From Candidatus Cloacimonadales bacterium (GTDB lineage: Bacteria; Cloacimonadota; Cloacimonadia; Cloacimonadales; JAFGVF01), in the NCBI GenBank assembly GCA_963662585.1, contig OY759729.1, positions 320,001 to 384,000 on the forward strand: a stretch of 64,000 nucleotides of DNA, given 5' to 3'. Under the pieces are notes generated by a model that saw only the letters and a program-made list of their open reading frames with translations, searched no databases and had not been told where the DNA came from. The position numbers and the translations under genes are program-made. This document shows positions 1-10,238 of the stretch, piece after piece. Every line of letters begins with the position of its first letter. Position 1 is the first letter of the stretch.

Positions 1-183
1 CACAGCAATTACATTCATGTGACGCATGATAGTGAACCATGCCATGTTATCCTTAGCAGAACCCATGACATCTGATAATAGGTCTGATACATAACCAGTG
101 CTAAGCTGAACTGCTTCAACAGAAACTTCTGGATTTAATACTTCGTGGTCAATATTCTTTAAATAATCTTGTAAATTTATCAT
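1..183 (-). CDS. DRTGG domain protein, 5' part (runs off the window start)
   Basis: Manual translation from ATG at 183: MINLQDYLKNIDHEVLNPEVSVEAVQLSTGYVSDLLSDVMGSAKDNMAWFTIMRHMNVIAV. The GYVSDLLSDVM signature is paralogous to 1980..2327. Confidence 0.8.
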   Translation of the reverse strand, partial: MINLQDYLKNIDHEVLNPEVSVEAVQLSTGYVSDLLSDVMGSAKDNMAWFTIMRHMNVIAV

Positions 184-185
184 TA

Positions 186-1472
186 TTATTTTCCTTTCTT
201 ATCAGTTTTATCTAAATTTTGTTTGTAAAGGATTACACAATCTTTTATTGTTCCTTTTCCTTGGACAATATCTTCAGCAAGAGCATAGCAGGTGGGACAT
301 CCACAAGCACTGCAATTGATTCCTGGAAGTTGTTTAACAATCGTTTGAATTTTCTGAATCTTTTCTAAAGCTGCAAATAAATTATCATCAAGTTCCATTA
401 TTGAACGAGGCTTAAGTTTAGGCACCCCAAATTTACCCTTCTTGTGTAATCTCCAAAACTCTTTATAATCTAACTTATCATCATTAACTTTTTGGGCTAA
501 CTTCTTCAACCTACTCATAGCAATGAACTTATTCTCTACATTCAAGCCACCACCAACGCAACCCACATCGCAACTGCGTAATACTACATATTGATACTGA
601 TCAAAATGGTGATCTTCAATCCGAGAAAGTATATCGATACAGTTATCAATACCTGTAACCGAAAGAACTCTGATATCATCTGAATCTATTTTATCAGCTT
701 CTTTGGCAGCAATCCCGTAAGTTAAACCACTCTCATAAGTATCAATAGGCTTGTCATCATACCAGGCTTCTTTAACAACTTCTTGGGCTCTACTATATAT
801 TTGCCTAATAGAAAAAGCACCATCTTGATAACTCTTGTAAGTCCCCTCAGGTTGATGAACAGCTGTAACTTGAGATACACAAGGAACAATTAAAAAGACC
901 CCTATTTCCTCATCAGTATATTGGTATTTCTCTTTAGCTTGTTCGCGTAAATAGTAGGATAGAATACTCATGGGAGCTTCTATGTGAAATAAATTTGGAA
1001 GTAAGGATGGAAACCTTACCTGAATCAATCTTACAATTGCTGGACATCCACTGGATAAAACAGGTCGGATATCTTTATTCTCACGAATATATTTCTGAAT
1101 CATCTCTGACATAAAATCTACAACACTTGATTCTTCAGCTACTTCGTCAAAACCTAATTTGAGGATTGTCTTCTTGATAGTTGCATAATCATTCTCTTCA
1201 GTAAACTGCCCAGCATACACTGTTGAGAATATAGCTATTCTATATTTATAGTTATTAATGATTTCAAAGTCGTCAGAATAAGGTACAATTGCCTTAAAAG
1301 AACAAGCTTCTATACAATTGCCACAATCAATACACCTTCTTTCATCAAGAATTATCGTATTATTTCTTATTCTAATTGCTTCGGTTGGACACACTTTAAC
1401 ACAAGCAGTACATCCCGTACAATTTTCTTGCTTAATTCTCAAAGCATGAAAATACTCGTTTTTCTGATACAT
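186..1472 (-). CDS. [FeFe]-hydrogenase large-subunit-like protein with 2x[4Fe-4S] N-terminus and C-terminal FeS domain (probably sensory/regulatory)
   Basis: CxxCxxCxxxCP and CxxCxxCxxxC ferredoxin motifs; H-cluster-like motifs SSGCP, VPCVSQ, RSCDVGCVGGG; C-terminal LPGINCSACGCPTC. Confidence 0.8.
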   Translation of the reverse strand: MYQKNEYFHALRIKQENCTGCTACVKVCPTEAIRIRNNTIILDERRCIDCGNCIEACSFKAIVPYSDDFEIINNYKYRIAIFSTVYAGQFTEENDYATIKKTILKLGFDEVAEESSVVDFMSEMIQKYIRENKDIRPVLSSGCPAIVRLIQVRFPSLLPNLFHIEAPMSILSYYLREQAKEKYQYTDEEIGVFLIVPCVSQVTAVHQPEGTYKSYQDGAFSIRQIYSRAQEVVKEAWYDDKPIDTYESGLTYGIAAKEADKIDSDDIRVLSVTGIDNCIDILSRIEDHHFDQYQYVVLRSCDVGCVGGGLNVENKFIAMSRLKKLAQKVNDDKLDYKEFWRLHKKGKFGVPKLKPRSIMELDDNLFAALEKIQKIQTIVKQLPGINCSACGCPTCYALAEDIVQGKGTIKDCVILYKQNLDKTDKKGK

Positions 1473-1485
1473 ATATTCCTGCTAT

Positions 1486-1977
1486 CTATTTAAAATATGT
1501 TATAATCTCTAATATAGTATTTCTTCCTCTTACTGAATCAAGATGCATAACATCTGAATTCTTTTTTATGTTTGGTAAACCCAGTCCAGCTCCGAAGCCC
1601 ATTTCACGAACATATTCTACAGCTGTAGAAAATCCTGGCTCTAAAGCTTTATTAATATCTTCAATCCCTGGACCGATGTCTTCAAATACTATATGCACTA
1701 AGTCAGCATGCACATTACTTTTCATAACTCCACCTTCTGAATGAGCAGCCAGATTGATTTCAGCTTCATAAGAAGCTACAGCAACCTTGCGTAAAACTAC
1801 TGGATCAATTCCTAGTTTCTTTAATAATCTCTTCAGTTCAGCAGAACCATTCCCCGCGTTGATAAAGTCGTGCTTAGTTACTTCATACTCTAAAGAAATA
1901 GCAGGAGCAGGCCTCTCCTTGAGAAATACTTCAGCTCTTTCTTTAAAGTCTTCATTGATATTCCAATATTCTGCCAT
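1486..1977 (-). CDS. Anti-sigma regulatory factor / RsbT-like Ser/Thr kinase (HATPase_c)
   Basis: YEAEIN, DIGPGI and GFGAGLGLPNIK GHKL motifs. ATG at 1977 chosen; the ORF track starts at TTG 1992. Confidence 0.8.
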   Translation of the reverse strand: MAEYWNINEDFKERAEVFLKERPAPAISLEYEVTKHDFINAGNGSAELKRLLKKLGIDPVVLRKVAVASYEAEINLAAHSEGGVMKSNVHADLVHIVFEDIGPGIEDINKALEPGFSTAVEYVREMGFGAGLGLPNIKKNSDVMHLDSVRGRNTILEIITYFK

Positions 1978-1979
1978 AT

Positions 1980-2327
1980 TTAGATTTGACAAGATCTGAG
2001 GTCCTTGTTATAAAGAAGACCTGCGGATTTGTACATTGTCATTTTGGTAGTAATTAATGGTAGTTCTCTCTCAATAGCCATATCAATAAGGTCTTGAGGA
2101 GGTCTTTTACCTCTAACAAAAACTACGCCTAACAAATCGATCATATCGGATAATCTAATAACTTGCGGGTTAGTTAATCCTGTTAATAATAATGTAGATT
2201 CTTTGGTGCACATTAAGATGTCAGATATTAAATCAGATCCAAAAGCACAAGGTATATCAACCTCTACATCGGCGTCTGGAGTCAATAACTCACCTTCTAA
2301 TAACTCTAAGATATCTTTCAATTTCAT
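1980..2327 (-). CDS. DRTGG domain protein
   Basis: AFGSDLISDIL, LLLTGLTNPQVIR, VFVRGKRP pattern; context beside the kinase and hydrogenase. Confidence 0.8.
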   Translation of the reverse strand: MKLKDILELLEGELLTPDADVEVDIPCAFGSDLISDILMCTKESTLLLTGLTNPQVIRLSDMIDLLGVVFVRGKRPPQDLIDMAIERELPLITTKMTMYKSAGLLYNKDLRSCQI

Positions 2328-2730
2328 GATAATCCCTTCTTATTAATTATGTATTTTTACAAATAATTAAATTTGACGATTTTAAGTCAAGTAATATTCG
2401 CCTTGTTTTTTCTTAACTTAAGATATCTAAGTCCAAACTAGTTAAAATTAATTTTATCCAAGTTATTAACTTCTTAATATTTCATTCAGAATATTAAGCT
2501 AAAGATTATCTAATAAACCAATCAGAAATAATATGCTATTTGGAAGACTATTTTTTTGAAATCTTCATTATTCTGCATATATCTCCTGTTTTCAATAATT
2601 TATCATAATATAGCTTATCTGTTATATTTATTTAAATGAAGTTAATTTTAGATTTATAACATTTTATCTTGACACATCATTATTTAAAATATTTATTTGC
2701 ATTGTAATTAATTTAAATAATGGAGGAAAA

Positions 2731-3288
2731 ATGAAGATTTCAAAAATTATTGTAGTATTTATGTTGATTTCAATAGCGATATTGTCAGTCGCATGTTCTT
2801 CAAACAAAGGACCAAAGCACGAACAAGTAGATCATGTAATAATGTATTATCCTGAATGGTGGGATTTACAGGATAACCCTGAATTCGTTTATACTTATGG
2901 TGAAGGTGTAAAAATGACTAGTTCAACTGCTAAGGACGCAGCTTATGCTAATGCAATGCTTCAAGCAGCTAACTATGTAGAAACAAAAGTTAAAGGTATG
3001 ATAAAAAACTTTGAAGAAGAAGCAGGTGTTAATGACCCTCAAGTTTTAGCATTAACTTCTAAAGTTGTTAAAGTAGTTGCAAGTGCCACTTTCAAAGGTG
3101 CTAGTATCGACAAAAGTGAAACAATCAAACAAAAAGATAACAAAATAAAAGTCTTTGTTAAAGTTAGAATCCCTCTAAGTGAAGTTAATAAACAAACTGT
3201 AAATGCTATTAAGAATGAAGAAGCACTTTATAATGAATTTAAAGCTTCTCAAAGATTTGAAGAATTAGAAAAAGAACTCGGTAACTAA
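2731..3288 (+). CDS. Lipoprotein, LPP20-like
   Basis: Signal peptide with lipobox SVAC; PEWW and AKDAAYANA pattern; RBS GGAGG upstream. Confidence 0.65.
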   Translation: MKISKIIVVFMLISIAILSVACSSNKGPKHEQVDHVIMYYPEWWDLQDNPEFVYTYGEGVKMTSSTAKDAAYANAMLQAANYVETKVKGMIKNFEEEAGVNDPQVLALTSKVVKVVASATFKGASIDKSETIKQKDNKIKVFVKVRIPLSEVNKQTVNAIKNEEALYNEFKASQRFEELEKELGN

Positions 3289-3307
3289 TCAGTTCTTAAA
3301 ATATAAT

Positions 3308-3331
3308 AAGCGGTCTTATGACCGCTTTTTT
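3308..3331 (+). terminator. Rho-independent terminator
   Basis: AAGCGGTC-TTAT-GACCGCTT followed by a T run, just after the lipoprotein gene. Confidence 0.75.
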
Positions 3332-3363
3332 AATTTAAATAAAAATATATATAAGGATAATCA

Positions 3364-4614
3364 ATGATAGATTTTTCTAAAATAACAAATATAGAGGATA
3401 CTGTAGTTAGCAAATTCTTGAGATATGTGCAGATAGAAACTACTTCAGATGATAATGGTAGCCCTAACCCAACAACAACAAATCAGTGGGATCTAGCTAA
3501 TATTTTAAGTAGTGAACTGACAGAGTTAGGATTAGTCGATGTAGAAGTTGATGAACATTGCTATGTATACGCTAAACTACCTGCGTCACCTAATGTAAAG
3601 ACCGACCCTATAACATTTTTAGCTCATCTAGACACAAGTCCTGCAGTATCAGGAAAAGATGTTAAGCCCTTGTTGAGAAAAAGTTATCAAGGTGAAGATT
3701 TAGCTTATCCATGCAATGATGAACTCTTCTTAAAGCCTTCAGAATTTCCTAAACTTTTAGATTATATTGGGGAACAGATCATAACTTCCTCAGGCGATAC
3801 TCTCTTGGGAGCAGATGATAAAGCTGGGATTGCAGAGATAATGACAGCATTAGCTATTTTCACAAGTCATCCAGAATTAAAACATCCAGAGTTAAGAATC
3901 TGCTTTACTCCTGATGAAGAGGTGGGTGCTGGTACTGAAAATATTTCCCGCGAGAGAATTGGTAAGATAGCTTATACTATCGATGGTGGGGAGATTGGTG
4001 AGTTAGAAGATGAATGCTTTGATGCTCACAGTGTTAAAATCACTATTCACGGACAAAATGTTCATCCTGGGAAAGCTAAGAATATAATGATTAATGCAGG
4101 CAAAATAGCTTCTGAATTTGTCTCTCTATTCCCAGAACAAGAGAGTCCTGAGACCACCCAAGGTCGAGAAGGTTTTTATCATGTAAGAAGTATTCAAGGT
4201 GAAGAAAGCAATGCTTCAATAGATATAATTTTAAGAGATTTCGCTGAAGAGAATAACTTAAGAAGAATAGAATTTATCGAAGCTACAGCTGAGTTGTTAA
4301 GGATAAAATATCCTGGAGTACAGATTTCCATTAAACATTCTAATAGCTATAAGAATATGAAGACTATTCTAGATAAACATCCTCAAGTGGTTAAAAAGGC
4401 TGAAGAAGTGATGCTAGATCTAGGTATTAATCCACTCAGAACTCCTATTCGGGGTGGCACAGATGGAGCAAAACTCTGCTATCTCGGAGTCCCAACACCC
4501 AATATCTTTACTGGTGGTTTTCTTTATCACTCTTTAAGAGAATGGATTCCTGTTTCTTCTATGGTAGCTGCAGTTAAGGTAATTATTGCTCTTTCCGCTA
4601 GTTGGACTAAATAA
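3364..4614 (+). CDS. pepT: Peptidase T (tripeptidase, M20B)
   Basis: AHLDTS, LLGADDKAG, FTPDEEVG and PIRGGTDG motifs. Confidence 0.93.
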   Translation: MIDFSKITNIEDTVVSKFLRYVQIETTSDDNGSPNPTTTNQWDLANILSSELTELGLVDVEVDEHCYVYAKLPASPNVKTDPITFLAHLDTSPAVSGKDVKPLLRKSYQGEDLAYPCNDELFLKPSEFPKLLDYIGEQIITSSGDTLLGADDKAGIAEIMTALAIFTSHPELKHPELRICFTPDEEVGAGTENISRERIGKIAYTIDGGEIGELEDECFDAHSVKITIHGQNVHPGKAKNIMINAGKIASEFVSLFPEQESPETTQGREGFYHVRSIQGEESNASIDIILRDFAEENNLRRIEFIEATAELLRIKYPGVQISIKHSNSYKNMKTILDKHPQVVKKAEEVMLDLGINPLRTPIRGGTDGAKLCYLGVPTPNIFTGGFLYHSLREWIPVSSMVAAVKVIIALSASWTK

Positions 4615-4615
4615 T

Positions 4616-5296
4616 ATGTGTGGAAGATTTGCCCAAGTAATAAAACATAACTATCTAAAGAAATATTTAGATGAGTTAGCTAATCCTGAATTTACTATTC
4701 CAATAAACTTTAATGTTGCACCTACACAGCAAGTAGGACTTCTATTTTCAGATAGTAAAAGAATAATTCAGGATTTTATGCAGTGGAAATTAATTCCTGC
4801 TTGGGCAAATGATTCTTCTCCCTACAATATTATTAACACTCGAATTGAATCTGTTCAGGAGAAAGCTGTATGGAGAGGACTCTTTCGTCATAAACGCTGT
4901 TTAATTCCAGCAAATGGATTTTATGAATGGCATAAAGAGACTAAAGAACCATACTTTATCAAGCTAAAGGAAGAAGAATTACTCTTTATGGCAGGGATAT
5001 ATGATATGAAGTTGTATCCTGATGGTTCCATTCTAGCGAGTTTCTCAATTCTGACTAAAGAAGCAAATGCCCAAATCTCACCAATACACCACAGAATGCC
5101 TATTATTGTAGCTAATAGTCAGTTAGAAGATTATATTGTTAATTCAGATTATCAAGAAGTGTTGAAAAATTGCAACACTAACCAGAAAAGTACTTTTGAC
5201 ATCTATCCAGTTTCTAAGGCAGTTAATAAGACTTCGAACAACTATCCAGAGCTTATGCAGGAGTATTTTAAAGAAGAAAACTTAACTCTATTCTAA
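4616..5296 (+). CDS. SOS response-associated peptidase (SRAP/YedK/HMCES family)
   Basis: Start at ATG 4616 gives the diagnostic N-terminus MCGRF; also FNVAPTQ, RCLIPANGFYEW and IHHRMP. Confidence 0.9.
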   Translation: MCGRFAQVIKHNYLKKYLDELANPEFTIPINFNVAPTQQVGLLFSDSKRIIQDFMQWKLIPAWANDSSPYNIINTRIESVQEKAVWRGLFRHKRCLIPANGFYEWHKETKEPYFIKLKEEELLFMAGIYDMKLYPDGSILASFSILTKEANAQISPIHHRMPIIVANSQLEDYIVNSDYQEVLKNCNTNQKSTFDIYPVSKAVNKTSNNYPELMQEYFKEENLTLF

Positions 5297-6695
5297 GAGA
5301 TTTTACTTTATCATTGTATAAGGAATGAATAAGAGAGCTTTTTAGTAAGAAGTTATGAAATTTAGGGGTCTGATAGTTAAATAATATTAGAAAATCTTCT
5401 GAATATTCATAAAAAGTAGCTATGATATTTTCATCAATATCTTCAACAGTCTCTTCATTTTTATAATTATCTAATACTTTCAAGTTCACTTGTAATTTCC
5501 CATACTTAGCTTTTCCATTAAACTCTACTTGATACATATTGGCAACTCCCCCTTTCTCTTTATTATTCAAAGTATAATTAAAGGTAATATTAGAATTATC
5601 AAAATCAAAGAGCTTTAGTTTGAATGTATGGGTATATTTCTCTTGTTTTATTGATTGAAAATCCTGATATACCTCTTGTTGAAGTAGGTAACTAAACTTC
5701 TTAACTGTTGCTAGTCGAACACTACTTTTACTTCTCCATTGATTTATTTGTTGGTTAGATTTTAATTCTGAAGCTAGTGTTAAGTTTAAGTTTGCCAACT
5801 TGACAGAACATTCGCCTGAGTAAAGGGTTGAATTTGTGTTATATTTATTACTTATTCCAGCGTTTAACCAATTGAGGGAATAGCTAGGAAGTGATTTATA
5901 TTTCCAGATAGTTTCAAAGTAATCTCTATTAAAACTTGCCCAAAAAGAGTGGGAAAATCGAGAGAAGAGATAATTCGTTTCATATCGGATATCAAGATTT
6001 TCTAACTGATATGTAGCATAACTTGAAAATATTAGAAATCTCTCTTTGTTGTTCAACTGTTTTAACTGCTTTGAAGTAGTGAATTGCGCTGTTAACAGGC
6101 TTAGATTAAAGTCATCGTAATTTTTACTTAGAATTAATCCACTCTGTTTTAAAGCAATCTTATCACTATCATAATAGACTATTCTTCTTTGACCATCTGA
6201 ATCGATTATTGTATTTAAGCTACTATTGGAATAGAAGAGACTAAACTTATAAGAATCTAACTGATATGTACTAAAGAATCCTTGGAGATCTAATTGGGAT
6301 TTAGATAATACTTTTGAGAGATAATCTTCAGTTGATGCTCTTTTATAAATGCTACCCAAGCCAAAAGCAGGACGGTAATTACCAAAACCAAGACTATACT
6401 TAGCAGATTGATATTTAGCAAAAATCCTTGCTTTATCTTGTTTATAAAATTGAGTACTGATCTTCTTATTTTGGGTATGGAAAAAGAGTCTGTTATTGCT
6501 TGAATCTAGAAAATCCTTTCTAAAATTGATTTTTAACTTATTATCAGTCCAAGCATCTAACCATCTCTCTTCTACTTCATTGTTTCTTATTTCTATTAAT
6601 TCCTCTTCTTCTTGATAATCATAAATCTCTGTATTAGAGTAAAGCAAATTCAATGAGATTAGAAGTAGCAGAGTTGCTAATTTCTTACATATCAT
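5268..6695 (-). CDS. Hypothetical exported / outer-membrane protein
   Basis: 475-aa ORF with signal-like N-terminus and aromatic beta-strand pattern; GNYRPAFGLG resembles ComEA-associated OM proteins. Overlaps the SRAP 3' end by 29 bp. Confidence 0.55.
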   Translation of the reverse strand: MICKKLATLLLLISLNLLYSNTEIYDYQEEEELIEIRNNEVEERWLDAWTDNKLKINFRKDFLDSSNNRLFFHTQNKKISTQFYKQDKARIFAKYQSAKYSLGFGNYRPAFGLGSIYKRASTEDYLSKVLSKSQLDLQGFFSTYQLDSYKFSLFYSNSSLNTIIDSDGQRRIVYYDSDKIALKQSGLILSKNYDDFNLSLLTAQFTTSKQLKQLNNKERFLIFSSYATYQLENLDIRYETNYLFSRFSHSFWASFNRDYFETIWKYKSLPSYSLNWLNAGISNKYNTNSTLYSGECSVKLANLNLTLASELKSNQQINQWRSKSSVRLATVKKFSYLLQQEVYQDFQSIKQEKYTHTFKLKLFDFDNSNITFNYTLNNKEKGGVANMYQVEFNGKAKYGKLQVNLKVLDNYKNEETVEDIDENIIATFYEYSEDFLILFNYQTPKFHNFLLKSSLIHSLYNDKVKSLRIELSFLL

Positions 6696-7461
6696 ATATT
6701 ATTGATATATAGTGACTTGAATCTAGTTGGGGATGAGTATTTATGGCATAGTTAATATTAACTCTTTTATAATCTAAGCCTAAACCGAAATAGATTTGGT
6801 TTGGTTCAAGCGAATAGCCTGATAACAATGTCAGAGAATTTATTAAATCATAACGAAAGCCAAACCTAGTTGAGACTTTATGTTTCTTCTCTTTTTGAAA
6901 TCCTATTGCGACAAAAGTTTCAGGGAGAGGATTATAACTTATTTCAGTACTGAAAATATTCGGTAAATCTATTCTTGAGCTATTTTTATGAAAAAGATTT
7001 GTATAATTAAGGGCTAAGCAGGTCTTCTCTTGAGTAATCTTACAGCCAATATCAGTGATAGTAAAGAAGTAATTCTCTGTTTCGTTGATAGAAATAAATT
7101 TCTGACTAATCCCAAGCGTAATAATATTTTGAAATGAATAATTATAGGAAAGATAATTAGAATAGAGCTTATAGAAATCACTTAGAAGATAGAGTGAGCC
7201 GACTGAAAGATGGTTATTATGATATTTTTTAGAAAATGTGATATTTCCATTTTCTACACCTGAGAACTGAAAGGGTTGGGAGATTGAAGTAGATATTCCT
7301 GAATTGGAAACACCAGCTTGATAATAATCTGTTAAGGGTGAATTTGAGATTAAGTTAAGATTGGCCACTCCTACTCGAGCTGCACAGTTATCAAGATAAA
7401 TATGACCAAATAAACTACAATTAACCAAACATAAATAATAGAATAACCATACTAATTTCAT
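6685..7461 (-). CDS. Hypothetical outer-membrane beta-barrel protein
   Basis: Signal peptide from ATG 7461 (RBS GAGG); alternating hydrophobic strands; C-terminal HPQLDSSHYISIIY. Confidence 0.55.
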   Translation of the reverse strand: MKLVWLFYYLCLVNCSLFGHIYLDNCAARVGVANLNLISNSPLTDYYQAGVSNSGISTSISQPFQFSGVENGNITFSKKYHNNHLSVGSLYLLSDFYKLYSNYLSYNYSFQNIITLGISQKFISINETENYFFTITDIGCKITQEKTCLALNYTNLFHKNSSRIDLPNIFSTEISYNPLPETFVAIGFQKEKKHKVSTRFGFRYDLINSLTLLSGYSLEPNQIYFGLGLDYKRVNINYAINTHPQLDSSHYISIIYDM

Positions 7462-7504
7462 ATAACCTCTTAAACCCAATTAATACTCTACCTGAGTTAA
7501 AAAT

Positions 7505-7530
7505 AAGACTCCCTAACCAAAGGGAGTCTT
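7505..7530 (-). terminator. Hairpin terminator after the ABC ATPase
   Basis: AAGACTCCCT-AACCAA-AGGGAGTCTT perfect 10-bp stem, T-rich tail on the minus strand. Confidence 0.65.
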
Positions 7531-7546
7531 AACAAAATTTATCTTA

Positions 7547-8650
7547 TTAGAATAGTGAAAGTTCACTCTCCTTATCAAATATTTTAATCTTCTTCATATC
7601 AATAGTAATTTTGATATTCTCATCAATCTTTGGCATCTTTTTAGGATCGAAACGAGCGGTAAGTTTAGCATGTTTTGTCTTTAAGAAGACAACAAACTCA
7701 TTTCCCATTGGCTCTACGATATCGCAAAATGCTTCAATTTTTTCAGGATTCTCAGCTAAGTCATCATAGTCTGAATCATAAAGATCTTCAGGTCTAATAC
7801 CTAAAGTTACTTCTTTGTTTATATAATCTTTCAATATAGCATTGTGTTCTTCATTAATCTTCAAGGTAACATCTTCATCTGTAAAATAGATTGCATCGCC
7901 TTTTTTAACGATTTTACCTTTTAACTGATTAATGGCAGGGGAACCTATAAAGCCAGCAACAAAAAGATTTACCGGATGATTATATAGGTTAAGTGGTGAA
8001 TCTATCTGATGAATAATACCATCTTTCATAACTACAATTTTATCTGCCATAGTCATAGCTTCAACTTGGTCATGAGTAACATAGATCATAGTTGTCTCTA
8101 AAGTTTTGTGGAGCTTACTAATTTCGGCTCTCATCTGAACTCTAAGTTTAGCATCGAGATTGGATAGAGGTTCATCAAAGAGAAATACTGCAGGTTTTCT
8201 GACAATAGCTCTACCAAGGGCTACACGCTGTCTTTGACCACCAGATAATTGTTTTGGCTTTCTATCTAATAAACTTTCAATACCTAATAATTTGGCTGCG
8301 TCATTAACTTTTTTATCAATCTCTTCTTTAGATTCTTTGCGTAATTTTAAAGCAAAAGCCATATTATCATAAATTGTCATGTGAGGATAAAGAGCATAGT
8401 TTTGAAAAACCATGGCAATATCTCTATCTTTGGGAGCTACATTATTAACAACTTTATCACCAATTTTTATTTCACCATCAGTTATATCTTCAAGTCCCGC
8501 TATAAGTCTGAGGGTAGTTGTTTTACCACAGCCCGAAGGACCAACTAAAACTACAAATTCTTTATCTTCAGCGACGAAATTTGCACTTTTCACAGCATGA
8601 AAGCCATTATCATATATTTTATTGACATTGTTCACAATCACTTGTGCCAT
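7547..8650 (-). CDS. Carbohydrate ABC transporter ATP-binding protein (MalK/MsmX/UgpC family)
   Basis: GPSGCGKT, VFQNYALYPHM, LSGGQRQR, DEPLSNLD and a C-terminal TOBE-like region. Confidence 0.92.
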   Translation of the reverse strand: MAQVIVNNVNKIYDNGFHAVKSANFVAEDKEFVVLVGPSGCGKTTTLRLIAGLEDITDGEIKIGDKVVNNVAPKDRDIAMVFQNYALYPHMTIYDNMAFALKLRKESKEEIDKKVNDAAKLLGIESLLDRKPKQLSGGQRQRVALGRAIVRKPAVFLFDEPLSNLDAKLRVQMRAEISKLHKTLETTMIYVTHDQVEAMTMADKIVVMKDGIIHQIDSPLNLYNHPVNLFVAGFIGSPAINQLKGKIVKKGDAIYFTDEDVTLKINEEHNAILKDYINKEVTLGIRPEDLYDSDYDDLAENPEKIEAFCDIVEPMGNEFVVFLKTKHAKLTARFDPKKMPKIDENIKITIDMKKIKIFDKESELSLF

Positions 8651-8653
8651 ATA

Positions 8654-8986
8654 TTATTCTCCTGTTGGATTATTATTTTCTTCAGCTTCAATTACTTTAA
8701 TTACTCGTTCATTCTCTTTTTGCATTCCATACTCTTCTCGAGCTACTTTAATTAGATATTCATCATCATGAATCAGACGGCTAATTTCAGCATCAGTCTC
8801 TTCAATTTTAGTCAAAATTTCTTCATATTGTTGTTTTGTCTTTTTTGCTCTGACACTGTTTTTGTAAACACTTAGAAAGCTTCCTCTTCCGATAAAGCTG
8901 AGTTTAAAGAGAAGAACTACTACTAATATAAGTAACGAATATTTAATCTTTTTTGAGAGGGGAACTCCTCTTTTTAATCTATCCAT
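8654..8986 (-). CDS. Septum formation initiator (FtsB/DivIC family)
   Basis: One TM helix, coiled coil, then YLIKVAREEYGMQKENE. ATG 8986 chosen; the ORF track starts at 9067. Confidence 0.8.
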   Translation of the reverse strand: MDRLKRGVPLSKKIKYSLLILVVVLLFKLSFIGRGSFLSVYKNSVRAKKTKQQYEEILTKIEETDAEISRLIHDDEYLIKVAREEYGMQKENERVIKVIEAEENNNPTGE

Positions 8987-9083
8987 ATTTCTCTCTCTTA
9001 GTTTAGTATTTACAATTAAGTTAGTGAACAAAATATCAGTCAAGACTTTTTTTAATAAAAATCTCACATCTTATCTAGCTATT

Positions 9084-10238
9084 CTATACTCCCTTATTTG
9101 ATTGCGGTAATATTCTGTTAGCAATAGAAGATTTAACTATTTCTATAGCTTGATGAGGACAAAATTCATGACAGCATAAACAGCGAATGCAAAGCTTATC
9201 ATCGATCTTTAAATTCCCTTTAGAATCCTCTTTTATTGCATTTACAGGGCAAGAATTCATACAGATATTACATTTTTTACATTCATCTGTAATTACAGGT
9301 TTGTACCAAAAAAGTGATTTAAATATTTTGTTAACCCCATTAGGGATATTGTTTAAAATCTTACTTCGAAGTTTAACAATTCCGGTATCGACATTGGGAA
9401 TAATATTTTCTTGCCATAAGTAATTGCTCGCTATTCTTGATGGTAAAACTCCATCAATCTGCATAGTAAGTCTAATTAATTCTATATCTAGAGGTTTAAA
9501 ACCCATCATATAAGCAGCGACAAAATCTACAGAGGATGGACACTCAGAGGCAAAAAGATAACCAAAGTTACGAGCTTTTCCCCCACTTGGTCCTTTTCCT
9601 TCCATTCCCAGGATTCCATCAATCACTGAAAAGAGCACTTTTGGTTTAAGGCTTTCATATAGTTTTGCTAAGAATTGGGCAAACTTTTGTGAATTAGGAT
9701 ATTCTCTATGGTAGTCTGCTTTTTTCAATCCGGGTACCAAGCCATATAGATTCTTCACCGCACCTGTAAATTGCATCAAAGAATGAGTTTTGTATTTAGC
9801 AAGATTGATTATATAATCTATTTCATCATAGAGCTTAGTATAAGCAATTGAAAAACCTGAGTTATTAACATTAACTACTTGGTATTTGTTAAGGTTAACT
9901 ATTTCAACTCCATATCTATCAGCAAGATCCCTAATACCACATTTAGTTAAAACAGTCTCATAATTTAAAGAACCACCTGGTGAATCTCCAACTAGAATAG
10001 TACATTCTATAGTTTGCAGAATCTGAATTACTGCTTCTAATATTACAGGATGAGTAGTTACAGCACTCTCAGGAGTAAAAGCTCCCAACAAATTAGGCTT
10101 AAGTAAAATGACCTTGCCAACTAATGTAGGAAGTACTCTATCTTTATTCAAGACAGTTCTTTTAAAAAAGGCAACTATCTTAGCTAAATCATAATCCTCT
10201 ATTCTTTTGATTAGAACTTTATTTTTAGTCTTCATCAT
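9084..10238 (-). CDS. DUF362 domain Fe-S protein with C-terminal 2x[4Fe-4S] ferredoxin
   Basis: LLKPNLL, AVTTHP, KTHSLMQFTGAVKNLYG, GMEGKGP; two CxxCxxCxxxCP motifs at the C-terminus. Confidence 0.85.
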   Translation of the reverse strand: MMKTKNKVLIKRIEDYDLAKIVAFFKRTVLNKDRVLPTLVGKVILLKPNLLGAFTPESAVTTHPVILEAVIQILQTIECTILVGDSPGGSLNYETVLTKCGIRDLADRYGVEIVNLNKYQVVNVNNSGFSIAYTKLYDEIDYIINLAKYKTHSLMQFTGAVKNLYGLVPGLKKADYHREYPNSQKFAQFLAKLYESLKPKVLFSVIDGILGMEGKGPSGGKARNFGYLFASECPSSVDFVAAYMMGFKPLDIELIRLTMQIDGVLPSRIASNYLWQENIIPNVDTGIVKLRSKILNNIPNGVNKIFKSLFWYKPVITDECKKCNICMNSCPVNAIKEDSKGNLKIDDKLCIRCLCCHEFCPHQAIEIVKSSIANRILPQSNKGV

